Shown piece after piece: positions 1-8,770 of a stretch of DNA of 64,000 nt. Source of the DNA: an uncultured bacterium. Lineage in GTDB: Bacteria; Verrucomicrobiota; Kiritimatiellia; RFP12; UBA1067. The stretch covers positions 1,586 through 65,585 of the forward strand of contig CACWIW010000015.1 in assembly GCA_902761035.1 (NCBI GenBank), in the 5' to 3' direction. The position numbers were made by a program, and so were the translations under genes. Each line of letters begins with the position of its first letter. Positions within the stretch are counted from its first letter, which is position 1. The notes below the pieces were generated by a model, which was not told the DNA's origin, searched no databases, and worked only from the letters and a program-made list of their open reading frames with translations.

Positions 1-1352
1 GCAACAGCTACATTGGCGTGCCCTATTTCTCGTCGCCCGGACACACTTTCGCGGGAGTCCCTGTAGGCGACGCATCGCATGACAACACAAAAACCCTCCG
101 CCAGACGTTCGCTCTCGTCTCCTCATTCAGGAAGGCGCCGGTCAAAAATCCTGACATCGGCCTTGGCGTCGGCACCGAAGGGTATTTGTGGACGACATCC
201 GGGACATACCCCTGGTCCATCGATTACGGGACGTCAAACGGGGACGGCGACTCCGCCCGGAGCTGCGAGATGACGGGCGGGACAACGTCGTGGGCCAGCA
301 CTACCGTGCGCGGGCCCGCCGAGCTGGAGTTTTCGTACATGCTTCGCACATACGGAGGAACATTCTCCGTGACCTGCGACGGCGAGACGCTTCTGGAACA
401 TTCGGGCGAGGCCCACTACGGCGGGTCCTGGCAGCAGGCGAGCCTTCAGATTCCGGACGGGGTCCACACAGTCCGGTTTGCATACACGCATTCGTCACAG
501 AGTTTTACGACCGGAGGCAATGGCGTGTGGGTGGATTCGCTCGCGTTTGTCGGCGGGACGCCGGCTTCCTGGTATACTGTCGCTTTTCACCGCAACGACG
601 GGAGCAATGAGGCAGTTTCGACGCAGGACATTGAATTCGGCGACGAGGTGCGTCTGCCGTCTATTGCCAACGGCCTGGGCTGGGCACGGCGCGGCTACAC
701 ATTCAAGGGCTGGGGGCGAAGCGCTAACGCGAAGGTTGTGTGGAAGAAGGACTGGGCGGTGGTCAAAGACCTTGCGGCCCCCGGCGAGAACATCGACCTG
801 TACGCGATCTGGGACGTCTCGCCCGGATGCTACGCGCTGCAGTACATCCGCAACGACGGCGCGGGGACGTGGCGGACGGTCGGGTTCAAGCATGGCGAGA
901 AGACGCGCATGCCGTCGTTGGCGAACGGCCTTAAGTGGGCGCGGCGCGGATACGATTTCATGGGCTGGGAACTGACGACCGCGGCGGCGAACGACAACAC
1001 GCGCGCGGCGCCATGGAAGGGAGACTGGGCGTATGTCGCCGAGCCGACGAAGCCCCAGAGCACATTGCCCGTCTATGCGCGCTGGTCGCTGAAGCCGGGG
1101 TATTATCAGATCCGCTTCAACAAGAACGACGGCACTGGCAAATGGCGGACGCTCGGCTTCCAGCTCGATGCGTCGACGAAGCTCTCGACGATCGCCGGTC
1201 TCGGCTGGGAGCGTCCGGGCTATTCGTTCAAGGGCTGGGCGTCGAACAAGGCCAACGCCGACGCCGGCAAGGTGTGGAAGGCCGACGGCGAGTGGATCAA
1301 GAACGTCGCCGCCGAGGGCAAGACGCTCAGCATCTACGCCATCTGGGATTGA
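1..1352 (+). CDS. Secreted surface protein, 5'-truncated by the window edge: beta-sandwich head followed by four Listeria-Bacteroides (flg_new-type) repeats
   Basis: The frame is open from nt 3, with no stop before the GTG at 18, so the gene probably starts upstream of the window. There are four ~70-aa repeats with the signature F..NDG.G.W.....G......L......W.R.GY.F.GW..........W..DW......G..L..YA.W. Stop TGA is at 1350-1352 and is followed by a terminator. Confidence 0.8.
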   Translation, partial: NSYIGVPYFSSPGHTFAGVPVGDASHDNTKTLRQTFALVSSFRKAPVKNPDIGLGVGTEGYLWTTSGTYPWSIDYGTSNGDGDSARSCEMTGGTTSWASTTVRGPAELEFSYMLRTYGGTFSVTCDGETLLEHSGEAHYGGSWQQASLQIPDGVHTVRFAYTHSSQSFTTGGNGVWVDSLAFVGGTPASWYTVAFHRNDGSNEAVSTQDIEFGDEVRLPSIANGLGWARRGYTFKGWGRSANAKVVWKKDWAVVKDLAAPGENIDLYAIWDVSPGCYALQYIRNDGAGTWRTVGFKHGEKTRMPSLANGLKWARRGYDFMGWELTTAAANDNTRAAPWKGDWAYVAEPTKPQSTLPVYARWSLKPGYYQIRFNKNDGTGKWRTLGFQLDASTKLSTIAGLGWERPGYSFKGWASNKANADAGKVWKADGEWIKNVAAEGKTLSIYAIWD

Positions 1353-1374
1353 TCCGGTCCTGAAACGCAGGAAG

Positions 1375-1403
1375 GGGCGCGGCAATTCTGCCGCGCCCTT
1401 TTT
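1375..1403 (+). terminator. Rho-independent terminator
   Basis: A 10-bp GC stem, GGGCGCGGCA (1375-1384) pairing with TGCCGCGCCC (1389-1398), has loop ATTC and is followed by TTTTT (1399-1403). It lies 23 nt after the stop codon. Confidence 0.75.
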
Positions 1404-1431
1404 CGCCTGCGCAAAAAAAAGATTTTCTCAC

Positions 1432-1460
1432 TTGATTCGGCATGGGCGATTTGATAAAAT
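1432..1460 (+). promoter_or_regulatory. Sigma70-like promoter candidate with extended -10
   Basis: TTGATT (1432-1437), a 17-nt spacer, then TGaTAAAAT (1452-1460). It sits in the intergenic region upstream of the C10 protease gene. Confidence 0.35.
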
Positions 1461-1604
1461 CACCCCGCACCTTAAAAGGTCATGCATGTGAATAGTATAA
1501 GTCTAGTATGGGCAGAAATGCGCAGAAACACGGTAGAACGCCGTGTAAGGTGTTCGTTTAATCCTATTCCACACCCTATTCCTAACCGCACAGAGAAGCG
1601 CCCC

Positions 1605-4442
1605 ATGCGAATTATTAGAACATTGTTAATGGCAATTGCGGCTGCGTCATGCTCAGTCGCATTGGCTGTTGAGGTTTCGCAGGCAGATGCCCGTATCGCA
1701 GCACAATCGTGGATTGCGCGTGGCGGAAAGCGTCTTACGGCATCCTTTGAAGGGCAAGGCGAATTTCGCAGCACCAAGACATTGTTCGATGATGTGGGAA
1801 AGCCTGTTTGCCATGCATTTGAAACGGCAGAAGGAGGATTCGTCGTCATGTCTGCGGACACGATGCTTCCCCCTGTGATTGCTTTTTCGTCCAAGAGAGG
1901 CGTTGGACTGGGTGATAGGGGGACTCCATTCGTCGAATTCCTGATTGAGGATATGAGGCGGCGCATGTCTAGCCTTGGCGCGAACAGCAGAAAACATGCG
2001 TCCGCCAGCACAGTAGCCGCGAATTCGGGTGCTAGATTTGTTGAAGACAGAGGATTCCGCGACGAATGGGATGCATTGAGAGCGCCTAAAGCCGAGCGTG
2101 ACGGGCAAGCAGCTCCGAAAATGGCCAGGGCCGAAATCTCAGAAGTACGGGTAGCGCCGATAGTGGAAGCGCGGTGGGGGCAGGATGCGTGGAATAGACT
2201 GCCTACATTCAACTATTATACACCGAACAACTACGTGTGCGGGTGTGTAGCAACGGCGGTTGCTCAGGTCATGCGCCATTGGAGAGAGCCATCGCAGCCT
2301 GTTTCGCGCGATGTATATAGGTGCTGGATTGACGGTGAAGAGACCGAGATGACGATGTTGGGCGGGGTCTACCAATGGGAACAAATGCCATTGACCGAAG
2401 ACGAGTGTACAAGCGAAGACGAACGCAAGGCCCTGGGGCATCTGCTGTATGATGTCGGGGTGGCCTCGCAGATGCAGTGGTCGAGCGATGGATCTGGCAC
2501 CTGGGGAGCCGTAGCCGCGAAAGGCTTGCGCGAGAGTTTTGGGTATGCCTCCGCCTCTTCCTATATTCTTGCGAAGCCGCTTAAGCGTAACATCTCGACA
2601 AATGACGGGATCCGAAGTGCGATCCTTGGCAGTCTGGACGCGGGGATGCCAGTGGTTATCGGAGTCACTTCGAATCGTGCCGGGGGGCATGAAGTGGTTG
2701 TTGACGGATATGGTTTCTGTGGTGATTCACTTGTCTACTGCCATGTGAACTGCGGGTGGGACGGCAGTAGCCAGGATGCCTGGTACAATCTCATTGGAGA
2801 GCCGTTGACGCAGTCGTACGGGTTTTCGGAATTGGATGACGTTGTCTACAACATTCATCCGAGCGAGACGGGCTCTGTTGTTTCTGGAAGAGTGTTGGAC
2901 AAGAGCGGGAACCCCGTTGCCGGGGCAGTTGTCACAATCGTGTCTGAGGCGGGGGATTCGCAGGAAACGCTTTCAAATGACAAAGGCATATATGTATTCC
3001 GTACTGGAGAAGAAGGGACGTTTAAGGTGTCGGCCGAGAATGGAAACCTGGTCTCGAATCTGCGGGAGATAACGGTCGGGCAGTGCGTAGATACACAGTG
3101 GAGCATAACTGACGATGCTTACCTGACATATTCGACAAGCGGCAAAGCCGCTGGGGCGATTGGTAATGTATGGGGTGTGGATTTGACCCTGAATCCAAAG
3201 AAAACCGTGTATTGCATCGTCAGATTCGATGCTAACGGCGGCTATGTGTCGGAGTCGATCCGTTATGTCGCAAAGGGGACCGCTATCGGGGCGTTGCCTG
3301 TTCCCAATTCGGCGGACAACGTTTTTAACGGATGGATGACTGCGCGCGAAGGGGGGAGCATTGTCCAATCCGAAGATACTGTCGAAAATGATGTCACGCT
3401 CTATGCATGTTGGAGTGAGAGCCAGGTTGAATGGGACTTTGTGGTTGATGGAGATTCCGCCACTGTTACAGGCGTGACGGGCGCCAAAGGCGATTTGATT
3501 GTTCCAAGTTCATTGGGCGGCTTTCCGGTGCGGTCAATCGGGAATCGGGCGTTTGAATGCTGTGATGCGTTGCGGAAAGTCAAGTTGGCGGACAGCATTA
3601 CGAACATAGGGGAACGTGCTTTTTTCTTCTGCCGAGGGATGTCGAACGTAGAGATTCCAGCTTCAATCCTGAATATAGACGTTGCCGCATTTGAGGGGTG
3701 CGTGGCGTTGACAAAACTGTGGATCCCCTCTGGGATCGAGCAAGTGTCGCCGCGTGCCTTCAAGGGATGTCGGCGGCTCAATGCGGCCTATCTGCCCAAT
3801 GTACTAAGAAATATGATTTGCGAGGGCACCCCAGATTACGTCTTTGATGACTGCGATGATGCATTGAATATAGTTTTCTATGATCCCGACGGTCTGTATT
3901 CAATACGATTCCACCGTAACGATGGAACGGGTTTGAGTCAGGAGACGCTTTTTGTCTATGGGGAGAAGACCCGGATGCCCGCGCTCAGGAATGGGTTGGA
4001 TTGGGTTAGGCCGAATTATGAGTTCTTGGGATGGGCTACCAGCGTTGCAAACGTGACTGCGCGAAAGATATGGAAGCAGGACTGGGCTTATGTTGCCAAG
4101 CCGGTTGACCCTGGCAAGACATTGAATGCGTATGCCGTGTGGGATGTAGCATCGCCTTACGCATATACAATCGTGTTCAACAAGAATGACGGGTCCGGGC
4201 AGAGCCAATCCGTGCGATTCTTGTATGGAGAAAAGACTAGGTTGCCGTCCGTGGCTAACGGGCTCGGCTGGCATAGACCTGGATATCGGTTTGTTGGATG
4301 GGCGACGGGGACCAAGATATGGAAGCCGGACTGGGCTTATGTCGAGCGCCCCGTAGGAATAGGCCAGACGCTGACGGTGTATGCAGTTTGGGGGAAATCA
4401 GCAAGTGTGACAAACACAAACACAAACCAAAGAAAGGAATGA
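1605..4442 (+). CDS. Secreted peptidase C10 (streptopain family) fused to CarboxypepD_reg-like, BspA-LRR and Listeria-Bacteroides repeat domains
   Basis: The ORF spans 1482-4442. ATG 1605 is preferred because it gives the signal peptide MRIIRTLLMAIAAASCSVALA. The C10 catalytic Cys context is NYVCGCVATAVAQVMRHW and the His context is GGHEVVVDGYG. Downstream come SGRVLDKSGNPVAGAVVTIV...GIYVF, LRR units (IP.S....G..AF..C..L) and three flg_new repeats. Confidence 0.9.
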   Translation: MRIIRTLLMAIAAASCSVALAVEVSQADARIAAQSWIARGGKRLTASFEGQGEFRSTKTLFDDVGKPVCHAFETAEGGFVVMSADTMLPPVIAFSSKRGVGLGDRGTPFVEFLIEDMRRRMSSLGANSRKHASASTVAANSGARFVEDRGFRDEWDALRAPKAERDGQAAPKMARAEISEVRVAPIVEARWGQDAWNRLPTFNYYTPNNYVCGCVATAVAQVMRHWREPSQPVSRDVYRCWIDGEETEMTMLGGVYQWEQMPLTEDECTSEDERKALGHLLYDVGVASQMQWSSDGSGTWGAVAAKGLRESFGYASASSYILAKPLKRNISTNDGIRSAILGSLDAGMPVVIGVTSNRAGGHEVVVDGYGFCGDSLVYCHVNCGWDGSSQDAWYNLIGEPLTQSYGFSELDDVVYNIHPSETGSVVSGRVLDKSGNPVAGAVVTIVSEAGDSQETLSNDKGIYVFRTGEEGTFKVSAENGNLVSNLREITVGQCVDTQWSITDDAYLTYSTSGKAAGAIGNVWGVDLTLNPKKTVYCIVRFDANGGYVSESIRYVAKGTAIGALPVPNSADNVFNGWMTAREGGSIVQSEDTVENDVTLYACWSESQVEWDFVVDGDSATVTGVTGAKGDLIVPSSLGGFPVRSIGNRAFECCDALRKVKLADSITNIGERAFFFCRGMSNVEIPASILNIDVAAFEGCVALTKLWIPSGIEQVSPRAFKGCRRLNAAYLPNVLRNMICEGTPDYVFDDCDDALNIVFYDPDGLYSIRFHRNDGTGLSQETLFVYGEKTRMPALRNGLDWVRPNYEFLGWATSVANVTARKIWKQDWAYVAKPVDPGKTLNAYAVWDVASPYAYTIVFNKNDGSGQSQSVRFLYGEKTRLPSVANGLGWHRPGYRFVGWATGTKIWKPDWAYVERPVGIGQTLTVYAVWGKSASVTNTNTNQRKE

Positions 4443-4446
4443 CACG

Positions 4447-7400
4447 ATGAAAAAAACAGTTCACGTGCCAGAATCATGCGCGAGCAATTCTGGCGGAACT
4501 TTCAAAGGAGCGCGGCCTGTGCAAGGCAAAGGCGCACGCAGACAATCCATCTGGGCGAGTTTCAAGTCGCTTGCAATTGGAATCTTTGCGGCGGCGGTTT
4601 TGCTTTTGCATCAAGCCGCATACGGGGTGGTGGTTACAGACAAGACTGGGATGTGGCGGTACGAACTCGTTGGCATGAATGCGACATTGGTCGGAATCGT
4701 GAAAAATGCGAGCGGCTACATAACCATCCCGGCCAAAGTTGATGGCTATAGGGTCGTTGTATTGGGTGAAAGCCTTTTTGAAGACTGTGCGTACATTACA
4801 GGCGTATCCATTCCTTATGGGGTGCGCGAGATTGGCAATTATGCGTTTTGTAACTGTTCCAGCCTTCAAGAAGTCATCCTGCCGTACGGCGTTTCTAGTC
4901 TTGGACATCAGGTTTTTTTAAACTGTTTTGGGCTCACCGAAATAACGTTGCCTGCCACATTGGAAAGCATTGGTCTTGCACCGTTTGGACTTACAGGGAT
5001 AAAGAAATTCAAGGTTGATTCGCAGAATCAGTTCTATGCGGTCAAAGACAACTTGCTGTGCGATAAAAAAGGCAAGGTCGTCGTCGCGTGTCCAAACGCA
5101 CTCGACGCCACTACTGTGACCGTGCCGTCTGGCGTCGAAGAAATCGGCGACGGCGCTTTTTATGGATGCGACCGGCTTTCGCGCGTCACCCTGCCAGCAT
5201 CGGTGAAAACAATTGGGCACTATGCGTTTAGGTGGTGTACTGATCTTCAGAGCATTGAATTAACGTCTGGATTGAAAACTATCGGTGACTTTGCTTTTGA
5301 ATTCTGCAGTGGACTTTCAAAGGTGACAATTCCTTCAGGTGTGACGAAGATTGGCGATGGAGCATTTGAAAACTGTACGGGACTTACCTCTGTATCGATA
5401 CCCGGTAGTGTCGTGGAGATTGGGTCTGGGGTGTTTTACGAATGCAATCCTGCATTGTTCGATCTCAAGACAATTCCCAATTTGCGCTTGGTGGACGGCT
5501 GGATTGTGGGACCTCAAAAGGATGAACTGCCCGGTAACCTCGTGTTGGACAAAGGGCGCGGTATCGCGGCATTCGCTTTGTGTGACACGGAATTGACAGA
5601 GATTACTATCAATGTGCCGTACAAGGGTATCGGAGCAGGGGCGTTCGCCTCGTGCGAAGATCTGCTTTCCGTGGATGTGAAGTCTACGCTCAACTTCCTT
5701 GGAGACGGGGCATTTTATGGATGCACGAGCCTGGACACCGCGTTATTGCCGCCTGACGTAACGTATATGGGTAAGGAAGCTTTTGGCGGATGCTGGGATC
5801 TCAAGAATGATAAAGGGTTCATCATCGTTAACAATGTTCTCTATGGATATGAGGCTGACGATCCATATCCCGACAAAGGCTACAAGGTCACTATTCCAAG
5901 CGGTGTTACGCGCATCAGCAAAGGTGCTTTTTATGGTGACCCATGGTTGTTGTCCGTAGTTGTCCCGGACAGCGTTAAGACGATTGACGTTGGGGCGTTT
6001 GCCGAGTGCCCCGAACTGGCGAAAGTCACGATAGGGAAAGGCGTGACGGACATTACGTGGTTTGACATCTCGGCCGACACGTCGTGGTGCGACGACTGGT
6101 TTTACAATGGAGGTGGGCGGAAAAGAGAACCACGTTCGTTTTGCGACTGCGATAAACTAGGGTCGGTTAATATTTCTCCGGAAAATCCCATGTACAAGAC
6201 GGTTAACTCCTATGTCTGTGACAAGGCGGGCGGCACTCTGCTTTACTGCCCGCCGAATATGCTGAATGTAGTCACGCCCAAGAGCGTTAGAAACATTGCA
6301 CCGGGTGCATTCTACCGTTCATCCAACATCAGAGGACTGTCGTTTGAGGGAAGCGTGACAAATATTAGTAGCTTTGCGTTCCAGGAATGCAGTCATCTTG
6401 AGACGGTTGAACTTCCCGTCGGTTTGACCAGTATCGGTCAGTATGCATTCAACTGGTGTGGATCCATCGAGTATGATTCGAACGGTACTCTTGTCACCAA
6501 TGGCTTGAAGCTTATCCGTATCCCGCATACGGTTAAAAGCATCGGCTACGCGGCGTTCAGGGGATGTATAGGGCTTAAAAAAGTACAGGTAGCGGAAACC
6601 ATTGACGAGGACGTGATCGATCTCGGCGCTGCCTTCCTAGACTTCGACGTGGATGACATCGAATACTACAAATTGACATACAAGATCGTGTTTCACCGTT
6701 ACGACGGCAGTGCGGACACAACAGAGACGATTGAGGTGAACGCCGATGAGACAATCCGGCTGACTTCTCTTAGCAGACTAGGCTGGGCTAGGAGAGGATA
6801 TGATTTCAAGGGGTGGGCGACGAGCCGTGCCAAAGCCGACAGCGGCACGATTTGGAAACTGGACTGGGCGAAGGTCACAAACGCCATAGCCATTGGAAAG
6901 ACGCTTCATATATATGCCGTGTGGGCGGTCGCCAGCGACTCTTATGCATTATATTTAGTTCGAAATGACGGTGCCGGCACATGGCGTACGATAGGTTTCA
7001 AGCATGGGGTCAGTACTGCCATCCCGACTATTAAAGCCCTTGGATGGGCTCGGCGTGGATATGTTTTCAAGGGCTGGTCCCTTACGACGGCAGATGCACG
7101 CAACAACAAGATATGGAAAGCAGATGGTGAGAAGATCGCTACTGCCGCAGCAAAAGGCAAGACCCTGACCGTGTATGCTTCCTGGGCCATAGCGCCGGAT
7201 TATTATGCCATCCAGTTCAACAAGAACGATGGTTCGGGCAAGTGGCGGTCGGTTGGATTCAAATGGGGCGAGAATACGAAGTTGCCGACCCTCGATAAAG
7301 GACTTGGCTGGGATCGTTCGGCTACGGGATATGCCTTTGTCGGCTGGTCTACAAATCCTAAAGGTAGTATCTGGAAGGGTGACGGTGCCGTGGTTGCGTC

Positions 7401-7866
7401 GCCTGTCGCAAAAGGCAAAGTCTTGCAGGTATATGCGCTATGGACATACGTAGGGGTGTACCAAGTCGCGGCTGCAAAGACCGAGGACGGAGGGAATGTC
7501 TCCGGGGAATCTAATCAGGTCCAATCTGAACCAACGCAAACAGCGACACAGCAGGTGGTTGCAGATGGGGCGGGGCACTCGGCTGTCGCGGCCGGATGCG
7601 TGGCCTTGGCGGGTGCGCCAGCCGCCGACGAGGATAGTCTAACCTATCTGTACGGCGCACTCGAGGATGGAACTGGGCAGTATTGGCTGTGCCTCTGGGA
7701 CCTGTCCGATGCGACGACCGGACTTCTGCGTGTCGTCATAGAGGACGGCGAGGCGCTCACGACGACGTGGTGCGACGTCGATAGGGTCGGCGAGATGCTG
7801 CTCCTCTCGACGGAGGATGGTGACGTCGCCGTCATCAGCTCAGACGGGACGGCGCGTCTGCTGTAG
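4447..7866 (+). CDS. BspA-type leucine-rich-repeat surface protein with three Listeria-Bacteroides repeats
   Basis: ATG 4447 lies 4 nt after the upstream stop. The N-terminal hydrophobic segment is SLAIGIFAAAVLLLHQAAYG. Many LRR_5-like units follow (V.IP..V..IG..AF..C..L..V), then flg_new repeats at ~6690-7440 and a unique acidic C-terminal ~140 aa. A terminator follows the gene. Confidence 0.9.
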   Translation: MKKTVHVPESCASNSGGTFKGARPVQGKGARRQSIWASFKSLAIGIFAAAVLLLHQAAYGVVVTDKTGMWRYELVGMNATLVGIVKNASGYITIPAKVDGYRVVVLGESLFEDCAYITGVSIPYGVREIGNYAFCNCSSLQEVILPYGVSSLGHQVFLNCFGLTEITLPATLESIGLAPFGLTGIKKFKVDSQNQFYAVKDNLLCDKKGKVVVACPNALDATTVTVPSGVEEIGDGAFYGCDRLSRVTLPASVKTIGHYAFRWCTDLQSIELTSGLKTIGDFAFEFCSGLSKVTIPSGVTKIGDGAFENCTGLTSVSIPGSVVEIGSGVFYECNPALFDLKTIPNLRLVDGWIVGPQKDELPGNLVLDKGRGIAAFALCDTELTEITINVPYKGIGAGAFASCEDLLSVDVKSTLNFLGDGAFYGCTSLDTALLPPDVTYMGKEAFGGCWDLKNDKGFIIVNNVLYGYEADDPYPDKGYKVTIPSGVTRISKGAFYGDPWLLSVVVPDSVKTIDVGAFAECPELAKVTIGKGVTDITWFDISADTSWCDDWFYNGGGRKREPRSFCDCDKLGSVNISPENPMYKTVNSYVCDKAGGTLLYCPPNMLNVVTPKSVRNIAPGAFYRSSNIRGLSFEGSVTNISSFAFQECSHLETVELPVGLTSIGQYAFNWCGSIEYDSNGTLVTNGLKLIRIPHTVKSIGYAAFRGCIGLKKVQVAETIDEDVIDLGAAFLDFDVDDIEYYKLTYKIVFHRYDGSADTTETIEVNADETIRLTSLSRLGWARRGYDFKGWATSRAKADSGTIWKLDWAKVTNAIAIGKTLHIYAVWAVASDSYALYLVRNDGAGTWRTIGFKHGVSTAIPTIKALGWARRGYVFKGWSLTTADARNNKIWKADGEKIATAAAKGKTLTVYASWAIAPDYYAIQFNKNDGSGKWRSVGFKWGENTKLPTLDKGLGWDRSATGYAFVGWSTNPKGSIWKGDGAVVASPVAKGKVLQVYALWTYVGVYQVAAAKTEDGGNVSGESNQVQSEPTQTATQQVVADGAGHSAVAAGCVALAGAPAADEDSLTYLYGALEDGTGQYWLCLWDLSDATTGLLRVVIEDGEALTTTWCDVDRVGEMLLLSTEDGDVAVISSDGTARLL

Positions 7867-7902
7867 TTTTCCCCGAACGGCCGGTTCTTCCGGCACTCAG
7901 TG

Positions 7903-7938
7903 CATGTGCGCGGCGGTTTCGCCGCGCACATGGCTTTT
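7903..7938 (+). terminator. Rho-independent terminator
   Basis: A 12-bp stem, CATGTGCGCGGC (7903-7914) pairing with GCCGCGCACATG (7921-7932), has loop GGTTTC and is followed by GCTTTTC. The stem core and the trailing CTTTTCGCCTGCGC match the terminator at 1375. Confidence 0.75.
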
Positions 7939-7965
7939 CGCCTGCGCGAAGGCCTGTAGAGTTAG

Positions 7966-7995
7966 TTGACTTATGCCAAAAAATTATGGTATAAT
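7966..7995 (+). promoter_or_regulatory. Near-consensus sigma70-like promoter (extended -10) of the glycan export/assembly operon
   Basis: TTGACT (7966-7971), an 18-nt spacer, then TGgTATAAT (7987-7995). ATG 8003 lies 7 nt after the -10 element and there is no Shine-Dalgarno sequence between them. Confidence 0.55.
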
Positions 7996-8002
7996 TACAG
8001 CG

Positions 8003-8770
8003 ATGTTCAAGAAATTGAAGAGGCAGCGATTCCTGTTCGAGGAACTAGTAAAACGCGATTTCAAGAAAAAGTACAAACGTACTATCCTTGGGATGGGGTG
8101 GAGCATGCTTTCACCCCTTTTAATGCTTCTCGTGATGAAGATCGTGTTTGAGCAGTTTTTCGGGCGCACGATGAATCACTACACCACTTACCTGTTTTGC
8201 GGGCTTCTCACGTTCAACTGGTTTTCTGAATCAACTAATGGCGGAATGAGGTGCCTGTTCGGCAATGCGAGCATTTTCACGAAGGTGAATGTGCCTAAAT
8301 ATATGTTCCTTTTTTCGATAAACGTCCAGGTCCTGTTGAACTTCGCGTTGACGCTTCTGGTTTTCTTCGTGTTCTGCGCGATAGACCACGTGCAGTTCAC
8401 ATGGCGGTTCATTTGCCTTGCCTATCCCATCATGACCATGTTGCTGTTCAATTTGGGCATTGGCATGGTTCTTTCCGCGCTTTTCATCTTTTTCCGTGAC
8501 ATCGACTATCTATGGTCGGTCGCGCTTCAGCTTCTCATGTACGGTTCGGCCATCTTCTATACCGTGGGCAATTTCCCGCCGAATGTCCATTTGGTCTTTT
8601 CCTTGAACCCCGTCTATCGACACATAGCATATATCCGCGAGATTGTCCTGAAGGGGACCGTCCCCTCGCTTGAAACGCACTTGACGCTTTTGGGGTTCGC
8701 CGTCGCCGCTTTTCTTGCCGGCGCGTTTATGTACAAACACTACAACACGAAGTTCCTTTACTATGTCTAA
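8003..8770 (+). CDS. wzm: ABC-2 type polysaccharide/teichoic-acid exporter permease (Wzm/TagG-like)
   Basis: A multi-TM protein with the N-terminal motif ELVKRDFKKKYKRTILGMGWSMLSPLL, typical of ABC-2 permeases. The ORF opens at ATG 7973, but that codon lies inside the promoter spacer, so ATG 8003 is preferred. The stop overlaps the next gene's start (ATGTCTAA). Confidence 0.85.
   Translation: MFKKLKRQRFLFEELVKRDFKKKYKRTILGMGWSMLSPLLMLLVMKIVFEQFFGRTMNHYTTYLFCGLLTFNWFSESTNGGMRCLFGNASIFTKVNVPKYMFLFSINVQVLLNFALTLLVFFVFCAIDHVQFTWRFICLAYPIMTMLLFNLGIGMVLSALFIFFRDIDYLWSVALQLLMYGSAIFYTVGNFPPNVHLVFSLNPVYRHIAYIREIVLKGTVPSLETHLTLLGFAVAAFLAGAFMYKHYNTKFLYYV

Noticed and set aside
4450-4456. An A7 tract immediately after the LRR gene's ATG (ATGAAAAAAACA), and A8 at 1413-1420, considered as slipped-strand phase-variation switches.
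   Set aside because: The tracts are short compared with known contingency loci. AAA-AAA is an ordinary Lys-Lys signal-peptide start. No supporting polymorphism can be seen from a single sequence.
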